64,000 nt of DNA from Octopus vulgaris (lineage: Eukaryota): contig OX597832.1 in NCBI GenBank assembly GCA_951406725.2, positions 43,152,001 through 43,216,000 of the forward strand, given 5' to 3'. This document shows, one piece after another, positions 39,998-52,880 of this stretch. The position numbers and the translations under genes were made by a program. Position 1 is the stretch's first letter, and each line of letters opens with the position of its first letter. The notes below the pieces were generated by a model, which saw only the letters and a list, made by a program, of their open reading frames with translations, was not told the origin of the DNA and ran no database searches.

Positions 39998-40482
39998 TTG
40001 TTTATTTATTTATGCGTGTGTACACTTGCATGGGCGCATGCATGCACACACACACACACACACACACATCAGTGATCAAAGAAACGATGCATGTGCCGCA
40101 TGTGCCGCAGTCATATTGCTACAGATAAGCAGAATGAGATCCCCCATTCTCTCCGGCATTCCACCAACTCCATCCTCTCCCTTACACACCCTCACTCTCC
40201 CCTCTACACAATTCCCTTCACACACACACACACACACACATACATACATACAGACACACACGCACAACCACACACACATACACACCTGATCCCTAAATTT
40301 ATGCTCTCCTCTCCCTCCTTGCTCTCCCCCTCCCCCTCACTCCCAGCAGTGACAGATGCTGCAATAGGTGCCTCGCAAGCCTATCTTAACCTTGTTCTTT
40401 TGATTCAGGAAATTGGAACAAATTCCTTAGTCTTCAGAGTGTCTGCCTGTCTGTCACTCCTCTTCTCTCTCTCTTTTTCTCT

Positions 40483-40526
<44 letters not shown>

Positions 40527-41140
40527 CTGTCAGTCTGTCTATTTGTATCTATGGTTTTATGTCTTTCTAAGTGTTCTAAATGTTTCCCGGCCTCCGTGGT
40601 GTACGTGTGTTTGTATGTCTGTGTATGTCTGTGAACGTCTATATATACGAGTATGTGTTTGCATATTTGTATAGGTTCGTACGTGTGTGTATGTGCGCAC
40701 TTTTATGCGCTTGTTTGCATTTGTATATGTGTGTAACCGCTCGTTGTGTGCGAGGGTGTGGGCACGACTATTTCATTGTTTACTTGTGTGTATATGAATA
40801 TGTACGTAGAATGTACTGTTAAAATACTTCTATGTGTCGACCTTGAAATAATTTAGTGTTCATTAATATTGCATATTGTACTGTACAGTTGTAGAGAAAC
40901 GGAATTTTGTATAAACAGGTGATAAAATCTAGAGCAAGATGCTGTAGTAGAGTGCAGTGTTGTGTTCTATATTGTAGAAACGAAATATTGTGTAGGTTGA
41001 TTATAGAGATGATAATTAGTCCGCATTACTCCGCAAGGAGCATAGAACTGGTTTCTATAGTTTAGCATTGTATGGTATTGTGTCGTATATTAGGATATAG
41101 TATAGTGTATTTCATCGTAATACAGAATAATGTAACGTAA

Positions 41141-41495
41141 TCTCTTTATATATAAACGGCAAAATGTCTGTCTGTGTGTGTGTCCTTTATACAAATCCAC
41201 AATTTTTCAGTTAGAGGGCTCGCACTTTCTATGGTCATTCAAAACCGTCCAAGGGTGTGGTCGTGCACATCTTTGCATTTCCCCAGTCACCCCGTAAAGC
41301 CATTAAAAAATCAATAGAAATGACTTTTTTGTGAATTTTCTATCCAAAACCCTGTCAAAATGCCCAATTGAATGCCAGCTAGTTGTATGTGATTGGTTCG
41401 AGATTTGGCCAATACCCGCGTGTATGTGCGCACGCACGTAGCCGTATATGCATGCACTAGCACTATGACCCGGCGTTGTCGGGTCATAGTGCTAG
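41141..41495 (+). mobile_element. non-autonomous Helitron
   Basis: 5' end a|TCTCTTTATATATAAACGGCA, 3' GC-rich hairpin ending CTAG|t, inserted between A and T with no TSD. Confidence 0.85.
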
Positions 41496-41699
41496 TATAT
41501 ATTAATATTGTACAGAAACAGTGTAGTGAAGGTGTGTGGTAACATAGAGGAGTATAGTGCGGTTGGGTAGAATATAGTATAATGCAGAAGGGAGTAGACC
41601 GAATTCTGATAACGATCGTCAGACGGCGAAAACTGCAATATTCTGGCCACCATATCAGGGGCCCAAAATGTCTGTGCCCCCACCCTGGAGTGATGGGTG

Positions 41700-41800
41700 A
41701 ACGTAAACGGACTCCCAGTCGACAATGAGACACGGATAAAACAATGATGTCTAGGACAGAAAAAGTCTTTTACGTTTCGGGCCTACGCTCTTCTAGAGAA
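41700..41800 (-). mobile_element. PLE pseudo-LTR-like repeat with hammerhead-like motif (copy 3, partial)
   Basis: Minus strand TTCTCTAGAAGAGCGTAGGCCCGAAACGTAAAAGACTTTT. Confidence 0.6.
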
Positions 41801-41815
41801 TATATATATATATAT

Positions 41816-41898
<83 letters not shown>

Positions 41899-41949
41899 TA
41901 TATATGTGCATACATACATACATATATATGTATATCATTAATGATGATG

Positions 41950-41989
<40 letters not shown>

Positions 41990-41999
<10 letters not shown>

Positions 42000-42177
42000 A
42001 TTCGAGACAAAACCACTATTTTAAAACCAAACAAGGAAAGACTTAATCAATACATAAAATTTTAATATAAATTAAATAATATTTATTTATTTAATTTATA
42101 TTAAAATTTTATGTATTGATTAAGTCTTTCCTTGTTTGGTTTTAAAATAGTGGTTTTGTCTCGAATTATATTATATA
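41990..42177. repeat. near-perfect palindrome with arms of about 89 bp
   Basis: ATAATTCGAGACAAAACCAC...ATAAATTAAATA is followed after a short spacer by its reverse complement. Confidence 0.95.
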
Positions 42178-42339
42178 ATATTTTACTATAAAATTGGATT
42201 TAACCCTAAATCTGATTTTTCCCTGTAATTTTGGATTCATTCCCTAATATTTATTATTATATATATATATATATATCTTCCCGTCTGTCTTGATAGACAA
42301 TGGGTCTATATATATATATATATATCATTAATGATAATG

Positions 42340-42373
<34 letters not shown>

Positions 42374-42376
42374 ATA

Positions 42377-42743
42377 CTAGCAGTATCGCCCGGCGTTGCT
42401 CGGATTTGTGAAATAACTATAAAGCATTTTTAGAGAGTTATAGCCAAAAAATGGAAAAAAAATGATGGTAAATTTTTTTTTAGTTAAAAAGGTCGAGTTG
42501 CGTCCCCTAGACAGTCTGTGGTTTGTGTTTCTGATTCTCGACCCCATGTCGAATTTATCGATTTTTTTCAGAACTGGGGGAACTTTTCAAAATTTTCGCT
42601 GCGTTAGTTTTGAATTATGACATTGGGCTATGTGTGTGTCAAGTTTCATCAGAATCGGTTGAAAGCCGTGGTCAGGGTGAGGGTACAACCTAACAGACAC
42701 ACAGAAACACACACAGACAAACTGCCGTTTATATATAGAGAGA
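42377..42743 (-). mobile_element. non-autonomous Helitron
   Basis: Minus strand 5' end a|TCTCTCTATATATAAACGGCAGTTTGTCTGT and 3' end CCGAGCAACGCCGGGCGATACTGCTAG|t. Confidence 0.82.
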
Positions 42744-43273
42744 TGTATGTATATATATGTATATATACATGTATATATGTATATATACAAATGTATATAT
42801 ATATATGTGTGTGTGTGTGTACGTAATTTAACGTAATGCGAAGAAATGGAGAGTGATGTATTGTGTAGAGTAACGTTGTAGAGCGAGGTGTGGGGGAAGC
42901 CAAGGCCATGAGGAGCGAAGTGTAATATATTGAAATATCTTTAGAACCACTTCTACCATTACGACAATAACCAACAACCTCCACCACCACCACCACCACT
43001 ACCAGCACCACCATCATGACTACTTCTAGTACCATAACCACCATCGTTGACTATACCTACGGCGAAGGGGAAAGGTAAACACGAAAATACAATGAGTGGA
43101 TATCTAGAACAAGGAAACAGAAGACAAGGAATTGATATAGAAATGAATACTGCGCGCGCGCACGCAAACACCGTGGCGCATGCGCATACGCACACAAGCA
43201 CACAGGCTTATACACATATCAACAAACGTATGCAAGCGCATACCTAAATGCGCATACTTACGCATACACGTCG

Positions 43274-43405
43274 CCTCGAGCCGACCAAAGCCTTCTGTGT
43301 GGAATTTGGTAGACGGAAACTGAAAGAATCCCGTCGTATTTTTATTTTTATTTTATCTAGTTTCAGCTCACGAGCTGTGGCCATGCTGGGGCACCGCCAT
43401 TTATG

Positions 43406-43464
<59 letters not shown>

Positions 43465-43478
43465 CTGTGTGTGTCTGT

Positions 43479-43543
<65 letters not shown>

Positions 43544-43711
43544 CATGTATGTATTTGTGTGTCTGTCGTAGCCTAGCGGTTCGGCACAAGAGACCGATAG
43601 ACTAAATACTGGACTTAGATAGAATAAGTCCTGGGGCCGATTTGTTCGACTAAAGACGGTGCTCCAGCATGGCCGCAGTCAAATGACTGAAACAAGTAAA
43701 AGAATAAAAGA
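43274..43711 (+). mobile_element. 5'-truncated SINE family A with a nested insertion
   Basis: Family A body and tail are interrupted at 43338-43402. Confidence 0.85.
43338..43402 (-). mobile_element. short LINE/SINE-type 3' tail unit nested in SINE A
   Basis: Same core as 31320-31373, with a longer (TAAAA)n tail. Confidence 0.85.
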
Positions 43712-43963
43712 ATGCATACACACATATGTACGCGTACATAAACACACAGACACATATACTAGAAGACGCATACACACGCGAATACTCAATTAAATGCGCG
43801 CATAAGTACACGTATATACACACACACACAAGTCGCGTGCACGTGTGCGTGAAAGTTCGAGCATGTGAACGTATGTATATTTACATAACAGTATATATTG
43901 ACATGCTCATACTTGTACATTCACGTGCATACATTCGTATATACGCTCAAAGTAAACATACAT

Positions 43964-44005
<42 letters not shown>

Positions 44006-44152
44006 GTATTCATACACGAATTCGCACGTAAGCATGTGCACGCATACGTGCATTCTACATATACATGTCTGAGTACATGTGTATAAATACACGTGTATAT
44101 ATAATACACATAAATATATACATCTATATATATATATATGCATATATATATG

Positions 44153-44192
<40 letters not shown>

Positions 44193-44736
44193 TACATATC
44201 TCTAAACACAAATACACACACACACACGCACAAATACTTATAGGTACGCAGAAATACACCCACACGCACACACAAATACACACACAAATATACACACACT
44301 CACACAACTACACACACATGCAGCCGCACACATACACACAAATGCACATGCATACACACATATGCACGAAAACGCACACACACAAATACACGCACAAGCG
44401 CGTACGTGCGCACAAACAAATACACACACACACACCTATAAATACACGCACAAATACATTTGTAGTATCTGTATAAATGTATATACGCATGTGCGCGCAC
44501 GTATATATATATATATATATATCCGTTTGCAAATGTGCACTCACCAGTGCACCTGCACATTGATAAACATTGCCAGACACGTGCACACGCATGCAGATAC
44601 ATGTACGCACGTGTGCAGACATGCAAATTTTACACACATACTTATGCATACGTACAAGCATACGTACACACACACATTCACATACATACATAGATACACA
44701 CACACAGATGCACTCATATATATGCACAGCTAAAAA

Positions 44737-46920
44737 AGCATATGTATATATAAGTTATGTATACACACCTACAAGCATATGTATATATAAATCATGTATA
44801 CACACCTACAAGCATATGTATATATAAATTGTGTATACACACCTACAAGCATATGTATATATAAGTTATGTATACACACCTACAAGCATATGTATATATA
44901 AATTATGTATACACACCTACAAGCATATGTATATATAAATTATGTATACACACCTACAAGCATATGTATATATAAATTATGTATACACACCTACAAGCAT
45001 ATGTATATATAAATTATGTATACACACCTACAAGCATATGTATATATAAATTATGTATACACACCTACAAGCATACGTATATATAAATTATGTATACACA
45101 CCTACAAGCATATGTATATATATAAGTTATGTATACACACCTACAAGCATATGTATATATATAAATTATGTATACACACCTACAAGCATATGTATATATA
45201 TAAGTTATGTATACACACCTACAAGCATATGTATATATAAATTATGTATACACACCTACAAGCATATGTATATATATAAGTTATGTATACACACCTACAA
45301 GCATATGTATATATAAATTATGTATACACACCTACAAGCATATGTATATATAAATTATGTATACACACCTACAAGCATATGAATATATATAAGTTATGTA
45401 TACACACCTACAAGCATATGTATATATATAAGTTATGTATACACACCTACAAGCATATGTATATATAAATTATGTATACACACCTACAAGCATATGTATA
45501 TATATAAGTTATGTATACACACCTACAAGCATATGTATATATAAATTATGTATACACACCTACAAGCATATGTATATATATAAGTTATGTATACACACCT
45601 ACAAGCATATGTATATATAAATTATGTATACACACCTACAAGCATATGTATATATAAATTGTGTATACACACCTACAAGCATATGAATATATAAATCATG
45701 TATACACACCTACAAGCATATGTATATATAAATTATGTATACACACCTACAAGCATATGTATATATATAAGTTATGTATACACACCTACAAGCATATGTA
45801 TATATAAATTATGTATACACACCTACAAGCATATGTATATATATAAGTTATGTATACACACCTACAAGCATATGTATATATAAATTATGTATACACACCT
45901 ACAAGCATATGTATATATATAAGTTATGTATACACACCTACAAGCATATGTATATATAAATTATGTATACACACCTACAAGCATATGAATATATATAAGT
46001 TATGTATACACACCTACAAGCATATGTATATATATAAGTTATGTATACACACCTACAAGCATATGTATATATAAATTATGTATACACACCTACAAGCATA
46101 TGTATATATATAAGTTATGTATACACACCTACAAGCATATGTATATATAAATTATGTATACACACCTACAAGCATATGTATATATATAAGTTATGTATAC
46201 ACACCTACAAGCATATGTATATATAAATTATGTATACACACCTACAAGCATATGTATATATAAATTGTGTATACACACCTACAAGCATATGAATATATAA
46301 ATCATGTATACACACCTACAAGCATATGTATATATAAATTATGTATACACACCTACAAGCATATGTATATATATAAGTTATGTATACACACCTACAAGCA
46401 TATGTATATATAAATTATGTATACACACCTACAAGCATATGTATATATATAAGTTATGTATACACACCTACAAGCATATGTATATATATATTATGTATAC
46501 ACACCTACAAGCATATGTATATATATAAGTTATGTATACACACCTACAAGCATATGTATATATAAATTATGTATACACACCTACAAGCATATGTATATAT
46601 ATAAGTTATGTATACACACCTACAAGCATATGTATATATAAATTATGTATACACACCTACAAGCATATGTATATATAAATCATGTATACACACCTACAAG
46701 CATATGTATATATAAATTATGTATACACACCTACAAGCATATGTATATATAAGTTATGTATACACACCTACAATCATACGTATATATAAATTATGTATAC
46801 ACACCTACAAGCATATGTATATATAAATTATGTATACACACCTACAAGCATATGTATATATAAATTATGTATACACACCTACAAGCATATGTATATATGA
46901 ATTATACATACACACCTATA
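44737..46920. repeat. 37/39-bp minisatellite (roughly 58 units)
   Basis: Unit TATGTATACACACCTACAAGCATATGTATATATAAAT (37 bp) and a 39-bp variant ending TATATATATAAGT. Confidence 0.97.
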
Positions 46921-47461
46921 AATGCATATGCACACTCTCACACAATGTCACATTTCTACGCATGCTCTTACATAAAGCCCAATATATGAACAACGTATGC
47001 ACCCCACACGCACACACACACACATTCACATACATGCATAGATACACACACACACAGATGCACACATATATATGCACAGCCGTATATATATGTATACACA
47101 CATTTGCCCAAAAGCCAGTGTACACCAATACGCATAATCCCCGCCTTGACGCCGCCTGACTTTCATTCTAGAAATTCTTTTAATTGGGTTGGTGATGGTG
47201 TGGCGACGGGAGAAGAATGGCGGAGACAAAAGAAAAAGGGACAAGGATGTGAAGTGGTGCTCGTTGGGGTTGGTGGGGTAAGTTGGGTGGGTGGAGGGTT
47301 ATGAGAAGGGGTTTTGGTGTGTGTGTGTGTGTGTGTCTGTGGTGGTGGGGGTCGAAGAAGTGAGGGAGGTCTGCAGAGCCAAAGCAACGATGGTAAACTT
47401 CAGCAATAATAACAAGAGAAAAGAGGTAACGAAGCGAGAGACGGTGGGAGGTGGAGAGGGG

Positions 47462-47960
47462 GAGAAGAAGAAGAAGAAGAAGAAGAAGAAGAAGAAGAAG
47501 AAGAAGAAGGAGAAGGAGAAGAAGAAGAAGAAGAAGAAGAAGAAGAAGAAGAAGAAGAAGAAGGAGAAGGAGAAGAAGAAGAAGAAGAAGAAGAAGAAGG
47601 AGAAGAAGAAGGAGGAGGAGGAGGAGATGGAGGAGGAGGAGAAGAAGAAGAAAAAGAAGAAGAAGAAGAACAACAACAACAAGAGGAGGAGGAAGAGATG
47701 GAGGAAGAGGAGAGGTGAGATGAGGAGAGGGAGAAGATGAGGAAGAGGGCGGAGAAGGGCGGGGGCAGCAGGAGGAGGAGAAGACGAAGAAGAAGAACAA
47801 GAAGAAGAACAACAACAAGAACAATAACAACAGCAACAACAAGAGGAGGAGGAGTACGAGGAGGAGGAAGAGCTGGAGTAAGAGGAGACGTGAGATAATA
47901 AGAGGGAGGAGAGGAGGAAGAGAGCAGGAGGAGAAGAAAGAAGAAGAAGGAAGAGGCGGT
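47462..47960. repeat. (GAA)n/(GGA)n purine-rich low-complexity tract
   Basis: Seen directly. Confidence 0.93.
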
Positions 47961-48419
47961 GGTGGTTAGAATGTTAGAAGGGTTTAAAATATTAGGAGGA
48001 GGATGGGAGATAGCGAAATGATAGGTGATGAGACGAGAGGAGAGAGAGAAGATGAGATCCAGAAGATACCAGAAATGATGAGATGGGAATGCATGCACGA
48101 GAGATGAAATCAAGAAGGTTCGAGATTATGAGATGAGAGGACACGAGAGATTACGTGAATTATATCAGTTGGTGGATAAAAGACGAAATCAAAAATGAGA
48201 GATGTTAATACGGGAGAAGACGAGAGTTAGCGAGAACAACGCGACTTGGCGAGAGGAGAAAGTGAGATAAAGAAGTTTTGGTGTAAAGAATAAGTGACGA
48301 GATTTTTAAAGGCAACATTGGGGTGCACAGACCGGATAATATGGGTACAAAACTCAAAACGTGACTCGTAAAGTTTTGTGGAAACAAAAGAGCAAATTGA
48401 ATGAAATAAATGGAGATGT

Positions 48420-48478
48420 AAGCTCCAGCATGGCCTCAATCAAATGACTGAAACAAGTAAAAGAATAAAAGAATAAAG
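48420..48478 (+). mobile_element. SINE family A 3' tail only
   Basis: GCTCCAGCATGGCC..TCAAATGACTGAAACAAGTAAAAGAATAAAAG. Confidence 0.75.
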
Positions 48479-48559
48479 GAATCGAAATTGGTTCAGGTTT
48501 GAGGCAAGAGTGTAAGAGAGTAAGCCATGTTAGAAAGTCGAAATAAAGAACAGGTGGAG

Positions 48560-48820
48560 ATGATGTCGTGGCACTCCGTCGGTTGCGACGACGAGGGTTC
48601 CGGTTGATCCGACAACGGAACGGCCTGCTCGTGAAATTAATGTATAAGTGGCTGAGCACTCCACAGCCACGTGTATCCTTAACGTAGTTCACGGGGAGAT
48701 TGAGCGTCACACAGTGTGTGACAAGGCTGGCCGTTTGAAATACAGATACAACAGAAACAGGAAGAAAGGGTGAGAGAAAGTTGTGGAGAAAGAGTACAGC
48801 AGAGTTTGCTACCCCCACTG
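48560..48820 (-). mobile_element. SINE fragment related to family C
   Basis: AGAAACAGGAAGAAAGGGTGAGAGAAAGTTG.GG.GAAAGAGTACA is shared with about 24802-24848 and with family C. Confidence 0.65.
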
Positions 48821-49146
48821 CATGATCACGAAGTTTCTCGACGTTTTCGTCATTTCTCGTTTGTTATCGGTGAATGACAGAAAAAAAAATGGCGCGGATG
48901 ACGAGACGTGACGAGAGACGAGCGAAGAGTGGTACATCACATACTCGCCGGACAGTAGCATGGCTAGGGTTGAGAGCTAGAAGGGTCGGTCCACCCGGAT
49001 GACGCTTTTAAGGGTGCGTCAGTTTTTGGGTCGGCTGTATAAACCTATAAAGGAGGCAGCAAATTTAAGGGCTGTCCAGGGCAGCACACATTCTGGGTAC
49101 GTCATTATGCTCTCATCTAAATTTGAAGGTAAACTTGTACGTACTC

Positions 49147-49187
<41 letters not shown>

Positions 49188-49797
49188 TACACACACACAT
49201 ACACACACGGGCGGACACACGCTCACATACGTACACACGCATACACACACGGACACATACACTCATGCATACACACACGGACACACACGCGCACACGCGT
49301 GCTAGCATACGCACATGCACACTCACTTACACACACACATACATACATACATACATACATACATACACACATACATACACATCCCACACACACACACACA
49401 CTTGTACTATAACTCATCGTTCTATCAACCGTCAGCATTCAGAAGGGATGGTCATGGTTGGATGCTTCGCCAAGTTGCCATCTAAACACACACAGTGCTG
49501 TAGTTAAAAAACTCGCTTTGAACCGTCAGAGTTGCAGGTTCGAAACAGGATGGGAGCGCAAGAGGAAAAAAATGCGATATGTGATGAGACCAGTGAACAG
49601 AAAAAAAAGGGATGAAATGCTAAGATGAGAAGACTATGACAACAAATCCAATAACAACGGCAACTTCCTCGTTCGACCTTCACCTTCAAAGTATTTCTAC
49701 CGTCATTTTTACCCCTACTCCCGACCTACAGCACTCCATTCTAGCTCCTAACCTAATAGCTAAGTGGCACGTTTTTATTTCGAATGACAGGGAAGTT

Positions 49798-49810
49798 ACT
49801 ACTACCACTT

Positions 49811-49865
<55 letters not shown>

Positions 49866-49980
49866 AACTACTACTACTACTACTATTACTACTACTACTA
49901 CTATTACTACAACTACTTCAACTACTAATACTACTACTACTATTACTACAACTACTACAACTACAACTACTAATACTACA

Positions 49981-50021
<41 letters not shown>

Positions 50022-50057
50022 AGCTGTAGCAACGACTAATGTTTTAATAGCAGTAAC

Positions 50058-50098
<41 letters not shown>

Positions 50099-50115
50099 TA
50101 ATAATAATAATAATA
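49798..50115. repeat. (ACT)n and (AAT)n microsatellites
   Basis: Seen directly. Confidence 0.95.
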
Positions 50116-50467
50116 ACAAGGAAAAGAAAACCAATATATCATAGAAAGGGCCACAAGGCCAAGGAAAGCAGTAACAACACCACCTCAATAAAAACAACAA
50201 TAACGGTAAAAATAACAAAGATAAAAACAACAAAGATAGTAACAATAACAACAGTAAAAGGAAAAGATAACATCTAAAACAACACGAAGGGAAACAATGG
50301 CAATATCGACAAGTAACGAAAGAACTTTAAGATGAAGGAAAGGTATTAATGGCGGTAATGGGAACAATAATGGCGATTGTAATAATAGAGAAACGTAACA
50401 ACAATAAAAAGATATACAATGATATAGTAATAGTAGGTGGTAGTGTGGTAAGAAGCTTGCTTCCTAA

Positions 50468-50872
50468 GGTGGCGAGCTGGCAGAAACGTTAAGCACGCCG
50501 GGGGAAATGCTTAGCAGTATTTCGTCTGCCGTTACGTTCCGAGTTCAAATTCCGACTTTGCCTTTCATCCTTTCGGGGTCGATAAATTAAGTACCAGTTG
50601 CGCACAGGGGTCGATGTAATCGACTTAATCCGTTTGGCTGTCCTTGTTTGTCCCCTTTGTGTTTAGCCCCTTGTGGGTAGTAAAGAAATAGGTATTTCGT
50701 CTGCCGTTACGTTTTGAGTTCAAATTCCGCCGAGGTCGACTTTGCCTTTAATCCTTTCAGGGTCGATTAAATAAGTACCAGTTACGCACTGGGGTCGATA
50801 TAAATCGACTTAATCCGTTTGTCTGTCCTTGTTTGTCCCCTCTATGTTTAGCCCCTTTTGGGCAATAAATAA
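50468..50872 (+). mobile_element. SINE family B, head plus two tandem units
   Basis: Family B consensus twice, joined at AAAGAAATAGGTATTTCGTCTGCC. Confidence 0.9.
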
Positions 50873-51019
50873 ATAAATAAATATTAACGGCTTCAAATTT
50901 TGGCACAAGGCCAGCTACTTCAAACGATTCCGCCAACTCGCCGCCTAAGGGTAGTAGTAAGAATCCCTTCTGCTTAAGGCACAAGTCCTGAAATTTGTAG
51001 GGAGGAGACTAGTAAATTA

Positions 51020-51303
51020 CATTGCCCCAGTGTTTCACTGGTACTTAATCTATCGATCCCGAAAGGATAAAAAGCAGAGTCGATTTCGGCGGACTTTGAA
51101 CTCAGAAAATACCTATTTCTTTACTACCCACAAGGAGCTAAACACAGAGAGGACAAACAAGGACAGACAAACGGATTAATTCGATTACATCGACCCCTGT
51201 ACGTAACTGGTACTTATTTAATCGATCCCGAAAGGATGAAAGGCAAAGTCGACCTCGGCGGAATTTGAACTCAGAACGTAGCGGCAGACGAAATACTGCT
51301 AAC
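51020..51303 (-). mobile_element. SINE family B, tandem units
   Basis: Reverse complement of the family B consensus. Confidence 0.88.
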
Positions 51304-51384
51304 TGAGAAGCGGTGATAATAATAACTACAACAATAACAATTTGTAGTAAGAACATCAATAATAATAACAGGAAGTACTTAAAT

Positions 51385-51550
51385 CAGGCATGGGCAACCT
51401 TTTTCGTGAAGCGGGTCGCATGAGAAAAGGCTCATGAATTGGCGGGCCGCATGCGACATGGCTCATAAATTGTCGGGCTGCACTACCAAAAAATTCGTTG
51501 ACGTGCCATTCAGAAAGTCCTAGTAGCTGCAATTTGCTCATTACCGACGT
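51385..51550. mobile_element. hAT-like DNA transposon end
   Basis: CAGGCATGGGCAACCT followed by GCGGGTCGCA/GCGGGCCGCA subterminal motifs, typical of hAT (Charlie-type) ends. No partner end found. Confidence 0.55.
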
Positions 51551-51559
51551 AATGGGTTG

Positions 51560-51760
51560 CTCTAAATGCTAGAAAGAGCAGCTGAATTCTCTCGATTCCC
51601 ACTACCATCTATCTTTAAGAAAATTGGAAGGACACGTTGAATAATGTAGTCGGAGATATACAAAGACGGGATGGTCATGGCTGAAATGCATTTTTGATAA
51701 TAGATCTGCTGGACCGGGAAGGCACTAGGCCTAAACAACAACAACAACAACAACAACGAT
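51560..51760 (+). mobile_element. old SINE remnant with (AAC)n tail
   Basis: GCTAGAAAGAGCAGC...GGGATGGTCATGGCTGAAATGC...CTAAACAACAAC. Related diverged pieces lie at about 10490-10720 (-), 49440-49500 and 53040-53510. Confidence 0.55.
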
Positions 51761-52036
51761 AGCAACAATAATGTTACCAACACCAACAAGAACAACAACA
51801 ACATCGTTAACGACAAACTGCATCACATCTGACAACAGCTGCTGCATCGGAAGCAAGATCTAATAAAAACAAAAACAACAACAACAGTAACAACAACAAC
51901 GGCGATAACAACGGTACCAGGAACAACAACAACAGCTGCATGTGCAACAATAACAAGAACAACGATTGTAGCAAGAGCAGTAACAACAGCAAGGGTATAA
52001 AATCAATGACATAAACTGCATCAACGGCATCGGCTA

Positions 52037-52037
<1 letters not shown>

Positions 52038-52076
<39 letters not shown>

Positions 52077-52137
52077 GGTGGTGGTTGTGGTGGAGGTGGT
52101 GGTGGTGGTGGTGATGGTAGTAGTAGTTGTAGTTGTT

Positions 52138-52168
<31 letters not shown>

Positions 52169-52260
52169 CAGCAGCAGCAGTAGTAGTAGTAGTAGTAGTA
52201 GTAGCAGCTGCTGCTGCTGCTGCAGCTGCAGCAGCAGCAGCAGCAGCAGCAGCTGCTGCT

Positions 52261-52301
<41 letters not shown>

Positions 52302-52337
52302 TGCTGCTGCAGCTGCTGTAGTAGTAGTAGCAGTAGT

Positions 52338-52369
<32 letters not shown>

Positions 52370-52382
52370 CAGCAGTAGCAGC

Positions 52383-52420
<38 letters not shown>

Positions 52421-52880
52421 CAGCAGCAGCAGCAGTAATAGTAGTAGTAGTAGTGGCGTTGGCGATAGTGGTGGTGGTGAAGGTGGTGGTGGTGGTGGTG
52501 GTGGTGGTGGTGGTTTGAAGGTGGTGGTGGTGCTAGGGGATGAGGAGTTCATGACTATAATGGCGACGGCGAAGACGAAGATGATGATGGTGTGATGCTG
52601 ATGATGATGATGAAGATGATGATAGAAGGAAGTTGAGAAGAGAAAGAGATGGTGATGAGGAAGATGAGGAGAAGGAGAAGGAGGTGGACGTGAAGGTAGA
52701 CGTGGTGGTGATTGTGGTGGTGGTGGTGGTGGTGGTGGTAGAGGAGGAAGAAGTGGTGGTGGTAGAGGAGGAAGAGGTGGTGGTGGTGGTGATTGTGGTG
52801 GTAGAGGAGGAAGAGATGGTGGTGGTGGTGGTGGTGGTGGTTGTGGTGGTGGTGGTGGTGGTGGTAGTGGTGGTGTCTTA
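52038..52880. repeat. compound (GTA)n/(GCA)n/(GTG)n trinucleotide tract
   Basis: Seen directly. Confidence 0.93.

Noticed and set aside
44737-46920. Regular 37-bp repeats suggesting a CRISPR array
   Set aside because: Units are directly adjacent with no unique spacers, there are no cas genes, and the context is eukaryotic. It is a minisatellite.
47180-48113. Poly-K, poly-R, poly-L and poly-S ORFs
   Set aside because: They come from (GAA)n/(GGA)n low-complexity sequence.
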